In this document: piece by piece, positions 9,201 through 21,200 of the stretch
How the letters are laid out: the number at the start of each line of letters is the position of its first letter
Position numbering within the stretch: position 1 is the stretch's first letter
Origin: Candidatus Multivoradales bacterium
Lineage (GTDB): Bacteria; Acidobacteriota; Thermoanaerobaculia; Multivoradales; J023
Length of the DNA: 64,000 nucleotides
Direction of reading: 5' to 3'
NCBI GenBank assembly: GCA_965248925.1
Contig: CBDFLE010000005.1
Location: 2,272,001-2,336,000, forward strand
Program-made: the position numbers and the translations under genes
The notes under the pieces: generated by a model
Database searches by the model: none
Told to the model about the DNA's origin: nothing
The model's input: the letters and a program-made list of their open reading frames with translations, nothing else

Positions 9201-12200
9201 CGTGACTCGAACTGGCGGCTCAGCGGCAGCTTGCCAGGCCTCTCGACCGCGGCCATCTCGGCTACCGGCAGCTCGCTGGCGGTGTCGTTCCACTCACCGA
9301 GCAGCTGCCGGCGCTCCGCCGCGCTGAGCAGCGGCAGCTGCGCCAGATCAGCGCCGAGGGCGGCGCCCGACAACCCAGCCAGCAGGGTCTCCAGGTGCCC
9401 CCAGAGACGCGCGATCGTAGTGTTGTCGAAAAGCTCGTCACTGTACTCGAGGAAGCCCTGAAGCCGATCTCCGTCAGGGGCCAGAAAGAGGCTCAGGTCG
9501 TAGCGCGAAACCCGGGTCTCGACATCCTCCAAGCGCACTTCGAGGCGGTCAAATTCGACCCCTTCGGCGGGCACGTTCTGCAGCGCGAGCATCACTTGGA
9601 AGAGGGGTGAGAAGCTCAAAGAGCGTTCCGGCTCAAGTTCCTCAACCAGCTTCTCGAACGGCAGGTCCTGGTGGGCCGAGGTCGCCAGGGTGACCTCGCG
9701 AACCTGCCCGATGAGGCCCAGGAAAGTCTGCTCAGCGAGACCCTGCAAACGAAAAACCAGGGTGTTGACGAAGCAACCGACCAGCGGCTCGGTTTCTAGC
9801 CGGGTGCGCCCGGCCACCGGCACACCGATCGACAGGTCGGCACTGCCGGAGTAGCGCGCCAGCAGAGTGCTCCAAGCCGCAAGCAGCACCATGAACAGGG
9901 TCCCTCGGTGCTGCCGCCCGAGGCTCTCCAGAGCGGCGGTGCGCGAGGCGTCGAGTTGGACTGGTAGGCTGGCGCCAGAATTGCTCTGCACTGCCGGCCG
10001 CGGCCGGTCTGTGGGTAGATTCAGCAGGGCTGGCGCGCCAGCCAACCGCGAGCGCCAAAACTCCAACTCATCGGTCAATGCCTGGCCTTGCAACCAGTCT
10101 TGCTGCCAGGCCGCGTAGTCGACGTATTGCACCGGCAGCTCGGCGAGCTGTGCTGAGCAGCCACGGCGGCGGGCTCCGTAGTGGGTGGCAAGCTCCCGCA
10201 GCAGCAAGCCGGTCGACCAGCCGTCGCCGACGATGTGATGCACATTGAGCAGCAGTGAGTAGTCCCGCTCGGCAAGCCGCAACAGCGCCGTTCGCAGCAG
10301 TGGGCCACGGCGCAGATCGAAACCGCGGGCCGCGTCGGCGGCCGCCAGGCGCGCCGCTTCGGACTCCGCCGAGGCGGCCCGCAGACCCACCAAGTCGATC
10401 ACTGGCAGGGCCACGGGCACCGGCCCATGCAGCCGCAGCCGCGGCGCCCCATCGGCCGGCTCGAAGGTCGAACGCAGCACTTCCTGGCGGGCAACAAGGT
10501 CTGAGAAAGCCTCCCTCAACGCGCCAATGTCGAGCACGCCGCCCATTCGCAGCCGTAACGGCAGGTTGTAGAGCGGGCTCTCAGGATCGAGCTGATCGAT
10601 GAACCAAAGCCGCCGTTGGGCAAAGGAAGCCGGCAACTCAGCCGACCTGGGCAGCCGTTCGATCGGTGCTGGCAGCGAGTCTCCGCCGCGGCCTCGGGCT
10701 ACCTCGACATAGGCGCTCAACGCACCGAGGGTCGGCAGCTCGAACAGCTTCAGCAACGGAATCTCGACCGCCAGTGTGGTTTGCAGCCGGGAGATCGCTC
10801 GGGTGGCGTGTAGCGAGTGGCCACCGAGCGTGAAGAAATCGTCTTCGACATGAATCCGATCGAGCCCGAGGACCTCCATCCAGATCGCGGCGACCATCTC
10901 TTCGGTCAGATTGCGCGGCAAGGTTCGCAGCCCGTCGGTGGTGTTCACTGCCACTTCGCGACTGGCCAGCGCCCGGCGATCCACCTTGCCACTGGTCAGC
11001 CGGGGCAGTTCGCCCAGCACCACGAAAGTGCTGGGCACTAAGCTGGGCGGTAGCTCGTGGGCAAGGTCCTGGCGTAGCTGGCGAGTGTCCAAAGCGGCCT
11101 GCGAACGGCCGACGACATAGGCCACCAGCGCCTTGTCGGCGCCAGCACCGCGAGCGACCACCGCGGCCCCCTCGATGGCGGGATGCTCAGCCAGCCGGGC
11201 CTCGATCTCCCCCGGCTCGATGCGTACCCCCCGCACCTTGACCTGCTGATCGGCGCGGCCCAAGTACTCCAGCCGACCGTCGGCCAGCCGGCGCGTCCGG
11301 TCACCGGTACGGTAGAGCCGGCCACCGGCACGCGGCGACCACGGGTCGGGAACGAAGTGCTCGGCGGTTAAGGCAGCGCGACCCTGGTAGCCCCGCGCCA
11401 AGCTCGGACCGGCGACGTAGAGTTCGCCAGCAGCCGCCGCCGGCAACGGCTCCAAACCGGCGTCCAACACCGACAAGCGCAGATTGCCCAAAGGCCGGCC
11501 GATCGGTACGATCTGCCCCGCCCCGGCCTGGCCCCGGCGACAGCGGTGGTGGCTGGCGTCGATCGCCGTCTCGGTGGGGCCGTAAAGGTTGATCAGCTCG
11601 GCGTCCAGCAGCGACTCGAAGCGCCCGCGCAGCGCCTCCGGCAGCGCTTCTCCACCGCTGAAGACCCACCGCAGACTGCCGCACGAAGCCGCCCCGACCT
11701 CCTCTAGCCAGACTTGCAACTGCGACGGAACCAGCTGCAGCACACTTACCCCGCGCGCCTCGATCAGCTGCCGTAGATAGGCCATGTCGCGATGACCACC
11801 GTCTCGCGCCAGCTCGACCGAGGCCCCCGCCAACAGCGGTGTCAGCAGCTCCCACATCGAGGCGTCAAACGACAACGGGGTCTTCTGCAGAACCCGGTCC
11901 TCAGCTTCCAGCGGATACTCCGACTGCATCCACAGCACCCGGTTGGCGATCGCCCGATGCGAAACCATCACCCCCTTCGGCCGGCCGGTCGAACCCGAGG
12001 TATAGATCAGGTAGGCCAGTTGCTCGGCCGTCACCGACACCGCGGTTGCCGCCCGCTGGCGACGCCCGGCAACCGCCTGGGAAAGCTCTATGACCGGCAG
12101 GTCACCGCTCAGTCCAGCGGTCTGTGGCCGCGTCGTCCAGGCCGAGTCGACCAGCAGCAGCGAGGTACCGCTGTCCTCGATCAGGTAGCTCAGCCGCGCC

Positions 12201-15200
12201 GCCGGATAGTCTGGATCCAGCGGCACGACGGTGCCACCGCCACTCAAGATGGCCAGCAGACCGGCCACCATCTCCGGCGAGCGGACGCTCGACAGGCCCA
12301 CCCGGGTCTCCGCCACCATGCCTCGCGAGCGCAGCGAGCCCGACAGCTGATCGACCCGCGACCAGAGCTCGGCGTAACTCCACGACACGGCGCCCTGCGC
12401 CACCGCCTGCAGACCGCCGCAATCAGCGCGCCGAGCGAGCAGCGGGCCGAGCAGCGAGTCGGCGCCGTAAGACACCGCCGTATCGTTCCAATCCCACAGC
12501 AGCTGATGCCGCTCGGCGCGACTCAGAATCCCCCATTGCGACGGCGCGACGACCTCTCCCGCCACCAGGTTCCGCAGCAAGGTCGTAAGGTGATCGAGCA
12601 GCCGGCCGATGGTGGTCGGGTCGAATCTTGCCGGGTCGTAGGCCGCCGTGAAGGCCAGCTCGGAGGTCCGGGCGGCACTGAGCACCAGCGGATAGTTGGT
12701 GCGCTCGAAGAACAGTAAGCGGCCCACACGGGGCGCCGCCTGGCGCTGCTCCATGAGCCCCACCAAGGGGTAGTTCTCGAACACCAACAAGCTCTCGAAC
12801 AACGGCTGATCCGCCGCCAAACCGCAGAGCTGTTGAATCTCGGCCAGGGGTGTGTGCTGGTGAGATCTCGCCTCGCTCTGGCCGGCCTGAACCCGCCTCA
12901 ACCAGCCGATCAAGGTCGCCGACGACGGTACTTCGAGACGCGCCGGAAGAGTGTTGATGAACACCCCGACCATCCGTTCTGAGTCCTCCACGGAAGCTTG
13001 GCGGCCGGCCGCCACGGTGCCGAAGACAACTTCTTGATGGCCGCTGTAGAGCGACAGCAGACGCGCCCAGGCGCTCTCGAACAGCGTGTTGAGGGTCAAG
13101 CGGTGCCGGCGGACCAAGTCGTCCAAGGCTGCCGCCAGTCGAGCCGGCAGCACCAGCCGCTGCTCGGCCACCCGCGAGCTGGCCTCTGTCAGCGACGCTG
13201 GACGGTCGATGCCGAGGGGAGTCGGTGCATCGAAACCGCTCAATCGCCGACGCCAGTATGCCAATGACGGTGCCGCTTGCCGACCCTGCAACCAACGCAG
13301 ATGGCCGCTTGGCGAGGGCGCCGCCGACAGCCCGGCGGGGCGCCCTTCGATCAAGGCGTCATAGAGCTCGAACAGCTCTCGAATCACCAGCGCCACCGAC
13401 CATCCATCGAGCAGCAGATGGTGAAAGCTCCAGATCAGCCGCTGCCGGCCTGCGCCGAGCTCGATCATCGCCAGGCGCCAGGCCGGACGGCGGGAGAGGT
13501 CGAAACCACGCTGGCGCTCGGCGACCATCAGCGCCGCGACCCGCGAATCCTGCTCCACCGCCGGCAGGGCACTCCAGTCGAGGACCTCGGCGCTGGCCTG
13601 GTGCTCAGGCAGCACCGCCACCAGCGGTCGCTCGAGTCCCTGCCACAGCAGCAGCGCTCGCAACATCGGATGGCGACTGGCGATCTGCCCCCAGGCCTCG
13701 AGCAAGACCTTGGAGTCGAGCTCGCCGAGCAGCTCACAGCTCATCTGCTCGGTGTAGAGATCGGAAGCCGGCGCCGCCAAGGCGTGAAACAGCATGCCCT
13801 CTTGGGTCGGGGTCAGCGGCAGCAGGTCTTCGATCTCTCCAACCGTCGTCCGCAGCTCATCCAGAGCTGGCTGATCGAGGTCGGCGAGGGGGAAGTCCGA
13901 GGGGGTGAAGCCGCGGTTGGCCGGCTTCGAGCAATGGTCGATCCAGGCGCCCAGCCGGCCGATGAAATCGTTCGCCAGGCTGCCGATCGTCTGCCGTCGG
14001 TGGGCACCTCGAGAGAACTCCCAATCCACCAGCAAGCGACCCTCGCGCACCTTGACGCTGATCTCCAACAGATGGCTGCGCTGCTGCCGGCGACTACGCT
14101 CGGCCGGCTGCTCCTCGGCAATCAACTTCAGCATATCGGTTGAGCCAATCACGCCATCGAGTTGACCGAGATAGTTGAACAGCACTTCGGCGCTACCCTT
14201 GTCTACCACATCCTCGCCGTCGCTGAGATAGCGCAGCATGCCCCAGCCCCGACCTTGATCCGGCACCGCTCGCAGCTGCTCCTTCACCTGCTTCAGATGA
14301 GCGCCGCCGGCGCTGACCTCGCCAAGCTCCAGGCGTAGCGGGAAGAGGCTGGTGAACCAGCCCACGGTACGCGCCACATCTAGCTTGGCCAGACCGTCGA
14401 ATTGGCGGCCATGACCCTCCAGATCGATCTTCACCGCGCGGTCGCCGGACCAGGCGGTGAGGGTCTCCGCCAAAGCGGTGAGCAGGATCTCCTGAACGTC
14501 CGTTCGATAGGCCCGTGGTGCCTGCTCAAGCAGCGTTTGAGTGCTCTCGACCGGCAATTGGACGCGCACCACCTCGGCCTCGCCAACCGTTCCTCGGCCG
14601 CCGTCGATATCCACCGGCAGCGGCCGGCTCGGCCGGCTAGCGTGGCGCCAATAGTCGACCTCGGCGACCCTCGCTTCTGCACCGGCGGTCGCCATCAGGT
14701 GCTCCACCCAGGTCTGATAAGAGGTGGTCGGCGGCAGCGGTGAGGGCTGGCTTCCGGCCTCGAGCTGACCGTAGGTCCTTTCCAGGTCCAGCACCAGCAA
14801 ACGCCAGGAAACGCCATCCACCACCAGGTGGTGGGCGATCCACAGCAGCCTCCCTGGCTGCTCGCCGTGGTCCAGCAGCAACCAACGCACCACCGGTCCA
14901 ATGCTCAAATTGAGGCTGGCTTGAGCTCGGCGAACCAGGCGATCGCGAGCCACAGACCGGTGGCCCTGGCGCAAATGGCTCAAGTCGATCCGGGTCCAGG
15001 GCAGCGTCGAATCGGGCGCCGAGCAATGCTGGCGCCAGCGCCCGCCGCGATCCTCAAACCGCAACCGCAAGGCATCGTGCCGACGCAGCATCAACCGCGC
15101 CGCTACCGCCAGGCGAGCGGGGTCGAGAGCTGTTGGCGTGGCCAGCAAGAGAGCCTGATTGAAATGCCAAGGCTCGGCCGGTTGCTGCTCGAAGAACCAC

Positions 15201-18200
15201 TGCTGAATCGGACTCAGCGGGACCTCGCCACGCATCGGCGCGGCTGCTGCCATCTCACCCTCTGTCAGCTCACTTTCGAAGCTGCCCAGGCGAGCGAGCT
15301 CGGCGATGGTCGGCGCCTGAAAAACGTCCTGAGCACCGAGCCGCAACCCCTCGGCGGCCGCCTGAGCGACCACCTGAAGAGAGAGGATCGAGTCGCCACC
15401 GAGGGCGAAGAAATCATCGTGGATGCCGACTCGCTCAACCCCTAGAGCGGCGGCCCACAAGCGGCTCAAGCACTTCTCGGCCGCGGTTCCGGCCGCGACG
15501 TAGGCCGACTCAAACTCGCTGCCGCGGGAGTCCGGCGCGGGCAGAGCCTGGCGATCGAGCTTGCCGCTGGCATTGAGCGGTAGCTGTCCAAGGAAGGTGA
15601 AAGTCGCCGGGATCATGTGGCCGGGAAGGCACTGGCCCAGATGCTCCCGCAACTCGGCGATACCCTCGCGAAGGCCTACCACATAAGCATCGAGCCGGCT
15701 CTCGCCCGCTTTTGTGGCGCCGACCGCGGCCGCGGCGGCGGCCACCCTTGGGTAGTTTTCCAAAGCAGCTTCGATCTCACCCAGCTCGATGCGAAATCCT
15801 CGCAACTTGACCTGATGGTCGAGTCGGCCGAGATACTCGATCGAGCCATCGGCCCGATAGCGCGCCAGATCACCGCTGCGGTAGAGCCGCTGCGCTGGCG
15901 GTTGCTGAGCTAGAGGGTCGGGGACAAAAGTCCTAGCGGTCAGTGCTGGCCGCTGCCGATAGCCACGGGCCAGCGCGACGCCACCAATGCACAGCTCGCC
16001 GGCAACCCCGACCGGCACAGGCCTCGCCCGCCGGTCGAGCAAGCGGATTCGCACGTTGTCGATCGGCCGCCCGATCGGCACCATGCCCTGGTGATCAGCA
16101 GCACCACAGCGCCGAGCGGTGACATCCACCGCCGCTTCGGTGGGACCATAGAGATTGTGCAGCGGAGCCTTGAGGCGGCGGTCTGCCCGGCGCACCAGGT
16201 CCGCGGTCAGCGCCTCCCCGCTGCAGATCACCTGGCGCAGGATGCCCTGGGTCTTCTCGACCCCCGCAGCGAGCAGGAAAACGCGCAGCAGCGAAGGAAC
16301 GAAATGGATCGTGGTGATCCGCTGCTCGATCAAGGCCGACACCAGGTAGGCAGAATCACGGTGACCACCAGGGCGCGCCATCACCACCGTCGCACCGCAG
16401 AGCAGTGGCCAGAAGAGCTCCCAAACCGAGACATCGAAACTGGTCGGAGTCTTCTGCAAGATCCGATCGCCGGGTATCAGGGCGAAGCGCGATTGGGTCC
16501 ACAACAGCCGGTTGACTACTCCCCGATGTTGATTCATCACCCCCTTCGGCCTGCCGGTCGAACCCGAGGTGTAGATCACATAGGCCAGGTTCTCGGGCAG
16601 TGCCCGCCGGTACTGACCACCGGGCTCGGCAGTAGCTGATCTGACGACCGGTTGATCGAGATCCTCGTCCAGCCGCAGCACCGGCACCGCGGCAGAGGGT
16701 AGGGCGCCGGCCAAGTCACTCTGCGCGACGACCAGCGATGCGCCGCTGTCTTCGATCATGAACAGCAAGCGCTCGGCGGGATAGTCCGGATCGAGGGGCA
16801 GATAAGCGGCGCCAGCCCGCAGAATCCCGACCAGGCCGATCAGCAGCTCGAGGGAACGCTCGGCGAGCACGCCGACCACCGACTCGGGACCGACGCCGCG
16901 CTCGCCCAAGTGGTCGGCCAGCCAACCGGCCCGCCGCCAGAGCTCGGCGAAGCTCAGGACGCCAGAATCAGCGACGACGGCGATGATGTCGGGGCCGCGC
17001 GCGGTGTTTCGCTGGATGAGCTCGGTCAACGTCTGATCTGCCGAGGCGTAGGCCACCGCGCTGTCCGCCCACTCGACCAGCAGCTGCTGGCGCTGCGCCC
17101 GGTCGAGGATGGGCAGAGAAGCAACCGGCTGTCGGGGCGCATCCAGGATGCCGACTAGCAGACTCTGCAACTGCTCGAGCCAGCGCAACACCGTCGTCGA
17201 ATCGTAGAGTGCCGTGCTGTACTCGGCCCACAGCAAGTCCCCCCCGGGTTGCCGCCGCAAACCAACGCTGAGGTCGAACTTGCTCTGCGGAGTCACCAGC
17301 TCCTCAACCGCGACCTCGGTCTCACCAAGCCGCAACAAGGCTGGTGGCTCTTCCAACAACAGCATGATTTGAAAGAGGGGGTTGCGACTTCGGTCGCGAC
17401 TCAGATCGAGGCTCTGAACGAGCAGCTCGAAAGGCACATCCTGGTGCGCGTCAGCTTCTAGCACCGATCGCCGGCTGAGCCGCAAGAGATCGAGAAAGCT
17501 CTCACTACCTTCTACCTCAAGGCGCATCACCTGGGTATTGACAAAGACCCCCAGAAGCCTCTCGCTCTCCAGCCGGTTGCGATTGGCGACGGCGGTACCA
17601 AGGCGCTGATCCTGTTCGCCGGTAAGGCGGAAGAGGAGCACCTGAAAAGCTGCCAGCACCGTCATGAACAGCGACCCACCATGGGCCTGGCCAAAATGTT
17701 CAAGAGCCCGGAGATCGATCTTCGTCAAGTGCCTCTCGACCCGGCCGCCAGCGAAGTCAAAAGTCGCCGGTCGAGGCCGATCACCGGCGAGCTCGACACC
17801 GCTGCCACTGCCGGCAAGCTGCTGGCGCCAGTAGCGGATCTGGGATTCGTAGACCCCATCCTCGAACCAGCGCCGCTGCCAGCCGGCGAAATCCTGATAG
17901 TTGATCGCCGGCCGCCCCAGGCTGGGCCGATGGCCGGCGGCGAGGTCACCGTAGGTCGCCGCTAGTTCGCTCAGCAGCAGGTCGATGGACCAGCCGTCGG
18001 CAATGATGTGGTGCAGGCAGACCGCCAACCCCACACCCTCCGCCCCGAGATCTAGCCACAGCGTCCGCAGCAGCGGCCCACGGCGCAAGTCAAACCGCCG
18101 GCTGGCGAAGCTCCGAGCCAGCGCCGCGAGTTCCACTTGCCGATCGGCGGCGCCGAGATGGTCGAGATCGACCCGTGGAGTGCAGTGAGCGGTCAGCCCC

Positions 18201-21200
18201 ATAACCTGCTGCGCGGCTTTGCCGTGATGCTCGACAAAACAAGTGCGGAGCAGGGTTTGGCGGCGCGCGATCTCGGTCAATGCGGCATCCAACAAGCGCC
18301 GCTCCAAGACCCCCGCGGCGAGGCGCAACAGCGATGGCATGTTGTAGGCGGCGCCACAGCCGGGAAGGTGGCTCAAGAACCACAAGCGCTGTTGCGGAAA
18401 CGACAGCGGCCAAGGCCCGGAGCCCTCGATCGGAGTCAAGGGCAACCGGGTCGGTCCGGCGGCGACCTGCGCCTGCTCGATGACTTCAGCTAAGCGGTAG
18501 AGTTCGGGGGCTTCGAACAACGCCCGCAGCGGCAGCTCGACGCCAAACTCCTCGGCGATCCGCGAACTGACTTGGGTGCCGAGCAGGGAATGTCCACCGA
18601 GGGCAAAGAAATCGTCGTTCCTGCCGACCTCGCCTCTGCCCAGAACCTCGCCCCAGATCCGACCCAAGCGCTGCTCAGTAACAGAGGCGAACTCAGCGCT
18701 CCGGCCCACCTGCCAACGGGGCACCGGCAGCGCCGCCCGGTCGATCTTGCCACTGCGGGTTAGCGGTAGCCGCGGCAGCTCCACCCAGGCCGCCGGCAGC
18801 ATGTACTCGGGCAACGTTTTGGCCAGCCTCTGGCGCAGCTCGGCGAAACTCGGCAGCGGTTGCCGGGGCACCAAATAGGCTGCCAAACGCCCCGCTCCAC
18901 GGGGATCCTCCAGCAGCACTACAACCGCCTCACTGACCTCTGGCAAGGCGGCACAGGCGGCTTCGATCTCTCCCAATTCGATGCGGAAGCCGCGGAGCTT
19001 GACCTGCTGGTCGAAGCGACCCAGAAACTCCAGCTGACCGTCGCCGCGATAGCGCGCCAGGTCACCGGTCCGGTAGAGGCGCTCACCCGGATGAACAGAG
19101 AATGGATTGGCGACGAAGCTGCCGGCAGTCAGTCCGGGCCGACCGAGATAGCCTCTGGCCAAGCCAACCCCTGACAGGCAAAGTTCGCCGATCGCTCCAG
19201 GCAGCGCCGCCTGCAATGCACCATCCACCAAAAAGACCCGAGTATTGCTCAGCGGCCGGCCGATCGGCGGCTGCACCCCGGCAGCCAAGTCGCGGCCGAC
19301 CCGACCGGCAGTCGCATTGACAGTGCATTCCGTTGGTCCATAGATGTTGTACGTGGGGATGTTCCATGGCAGAGCCCCCGGCAATCGCAACCGATCACCG
19401 CCGGTGGTGAGGGCCCGCAACATCCCCTCGCTTGGCCACTCGAAGTCGCACAAGCGCTCCATCATCGGCGTCGAGACATCGCTGATTTGAATGCGCTCTT
19501 CGACCAACCAGCGGCGCAACTCGCCAGGTGCCAGACGAATCTCGTCCGCTGGCAGATGCAGGCTGGCGCCAGCGGCCAGATGACACCAGAGCTCGCCCAC
19601 GGCGACATCGAAAGCCGGTCCAGCCAACTGAGCCGCCCGATCTCCCGGCTGGATCTGGAAAGTCCGCTGATACCAATGCACCAGGTGTTGCAGACTGGCG
19701 TGGCTCACCCCGACCGGCTTAGGCCGGCCGCTCGAGCCCGAGGTGTAGATCACGTAGGCCAGTGACTGGCGAGGAATCCGCACGCTGTTGCCAACACCAT
19801 GGGTGCTGGCCGGCATGGGCTCGTCCAGATTCACCACCTGAGCGCCGCATTCCGCCAGCCGCCCGCCAGCCGAACCGTCACTCAGCACCAACTCCACGCC
19901 AAGGTCTTCGACCATCCAAGCCAGCCGCCGCGGGGGCAATTTCGGATCCAGCGGCAAATAAGCGGCGCCAGTCTTTAGAATGGCCAAGGCGCCGACCACC
20001 ATCGCGGCGGAACGATCAGCCAGTAGACCAACGCAAGTTTCGCTGCCGGCGCCCAGCGCGATCAACCGTCGTGCCTGGGCCGCGGACGCTTGCAGCAACT
20101 GGCCGTAAGTCAGCTGGCGCTGGCCGTCGTCGATAGCCAGAGCCTGGGGATCGCGGGACGCCTGGGCGGCGAGCAGTTGCGGCACGAGACCGGTGGCGGC
20201 ATAGCTCACCTGGGTGTCGTTCCACTCCACCAGCAGTTGCTGCCGCTGACTGGCGGTCAGTAGCGACAGCGCGCTCAGCACTGCCCGCGGCTTGGCCAGC
20301 ACTTCCTCCACCACCTGCAGCCAAGCGCCCAGGAAGCGTTGCGCGCTCGAGCGGTCGAACAGATCGGTGCTGAACTCCAGCTCCAGCCTCAGCCGGTCGC
20401 CAACCGGCGCCACTGAGAAGCACAGATCGAATTGCGCGCTACAGCCCTCGAGATCCACCGCCTTAAGTTCGAAGCCGGCGAACTCGATCTGGGAGCCGCT
20501 GGCGGCAAGCGAGAACTCGGCCAGCCCCTGACCAACACCGGGAGCCTCCTGTTGGAAGGCGAACATCGCCTGGAAAATCGGCGAGCGGCTGGCATCGCGC
20601 TGCGGCTGCAGGTCTTGAGCCAACAGCGCAAAAGGAAGAGCGGCGTGCTCGAGAGCCGCCAGCACCGTCGCCCGGGTTCTGCCGAGCAGTTCGGAGAAGT
20701 CCATGCCCGGCCCCAGCTCGGTGCGCAGCACCACGGGGTTGACAAAGTAGCCCACCAAACCCGCCAGCCCTGAGCCCTGCCCAGCCTCCCGGCCGGAGGT
20801 CGGCGAACCGATCAACGGCTCCGACGAACCCGTCAAGCGGCACAGCAAGACCTGAAAGGAGGCCAGCAAGGTCACGTACAAAGTCGCGGAATGGGCCCAT
20901 CCAAGGGCCTCCAAGGCCGCCGCCTGCCGCTCACCAAGCCAGCTCGCGACGGTCTCGCCGCGGAAGGTCTGGGCGCTCGGTCGCGGCCGATCAGCCGGTA
21001 ACCGCAAGTCGAAACCGTGACCGCCAAGTTGCTGACGCCAAAAGCGCCGCAAAACTTTGCCCTGGTCCGTTTGCAACAGCTCCCTCTGTTGCCGGACGCA
21101 GGCGGCGAACCAGCCCGCCGGCAACGGACTGTCTACGGCGGCGCCAGCCACTGTCCTACTACCCACCACGGCGAGGTAGAGCGCTTCGAGCTCGCGCAGC

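Noticed and set aside
1020-19765. Recurring ~40-bp sequence like CCGGTCGAGCCCGAGGTGTAGATCACGTAGGC at ~1040, 4280, 8760, 11990, 16560, 19735
   Set aside because: Encodes the conserved A3 motif AYVIYTSGSTG of each A domain; not CRISPR or a mobile repeat.
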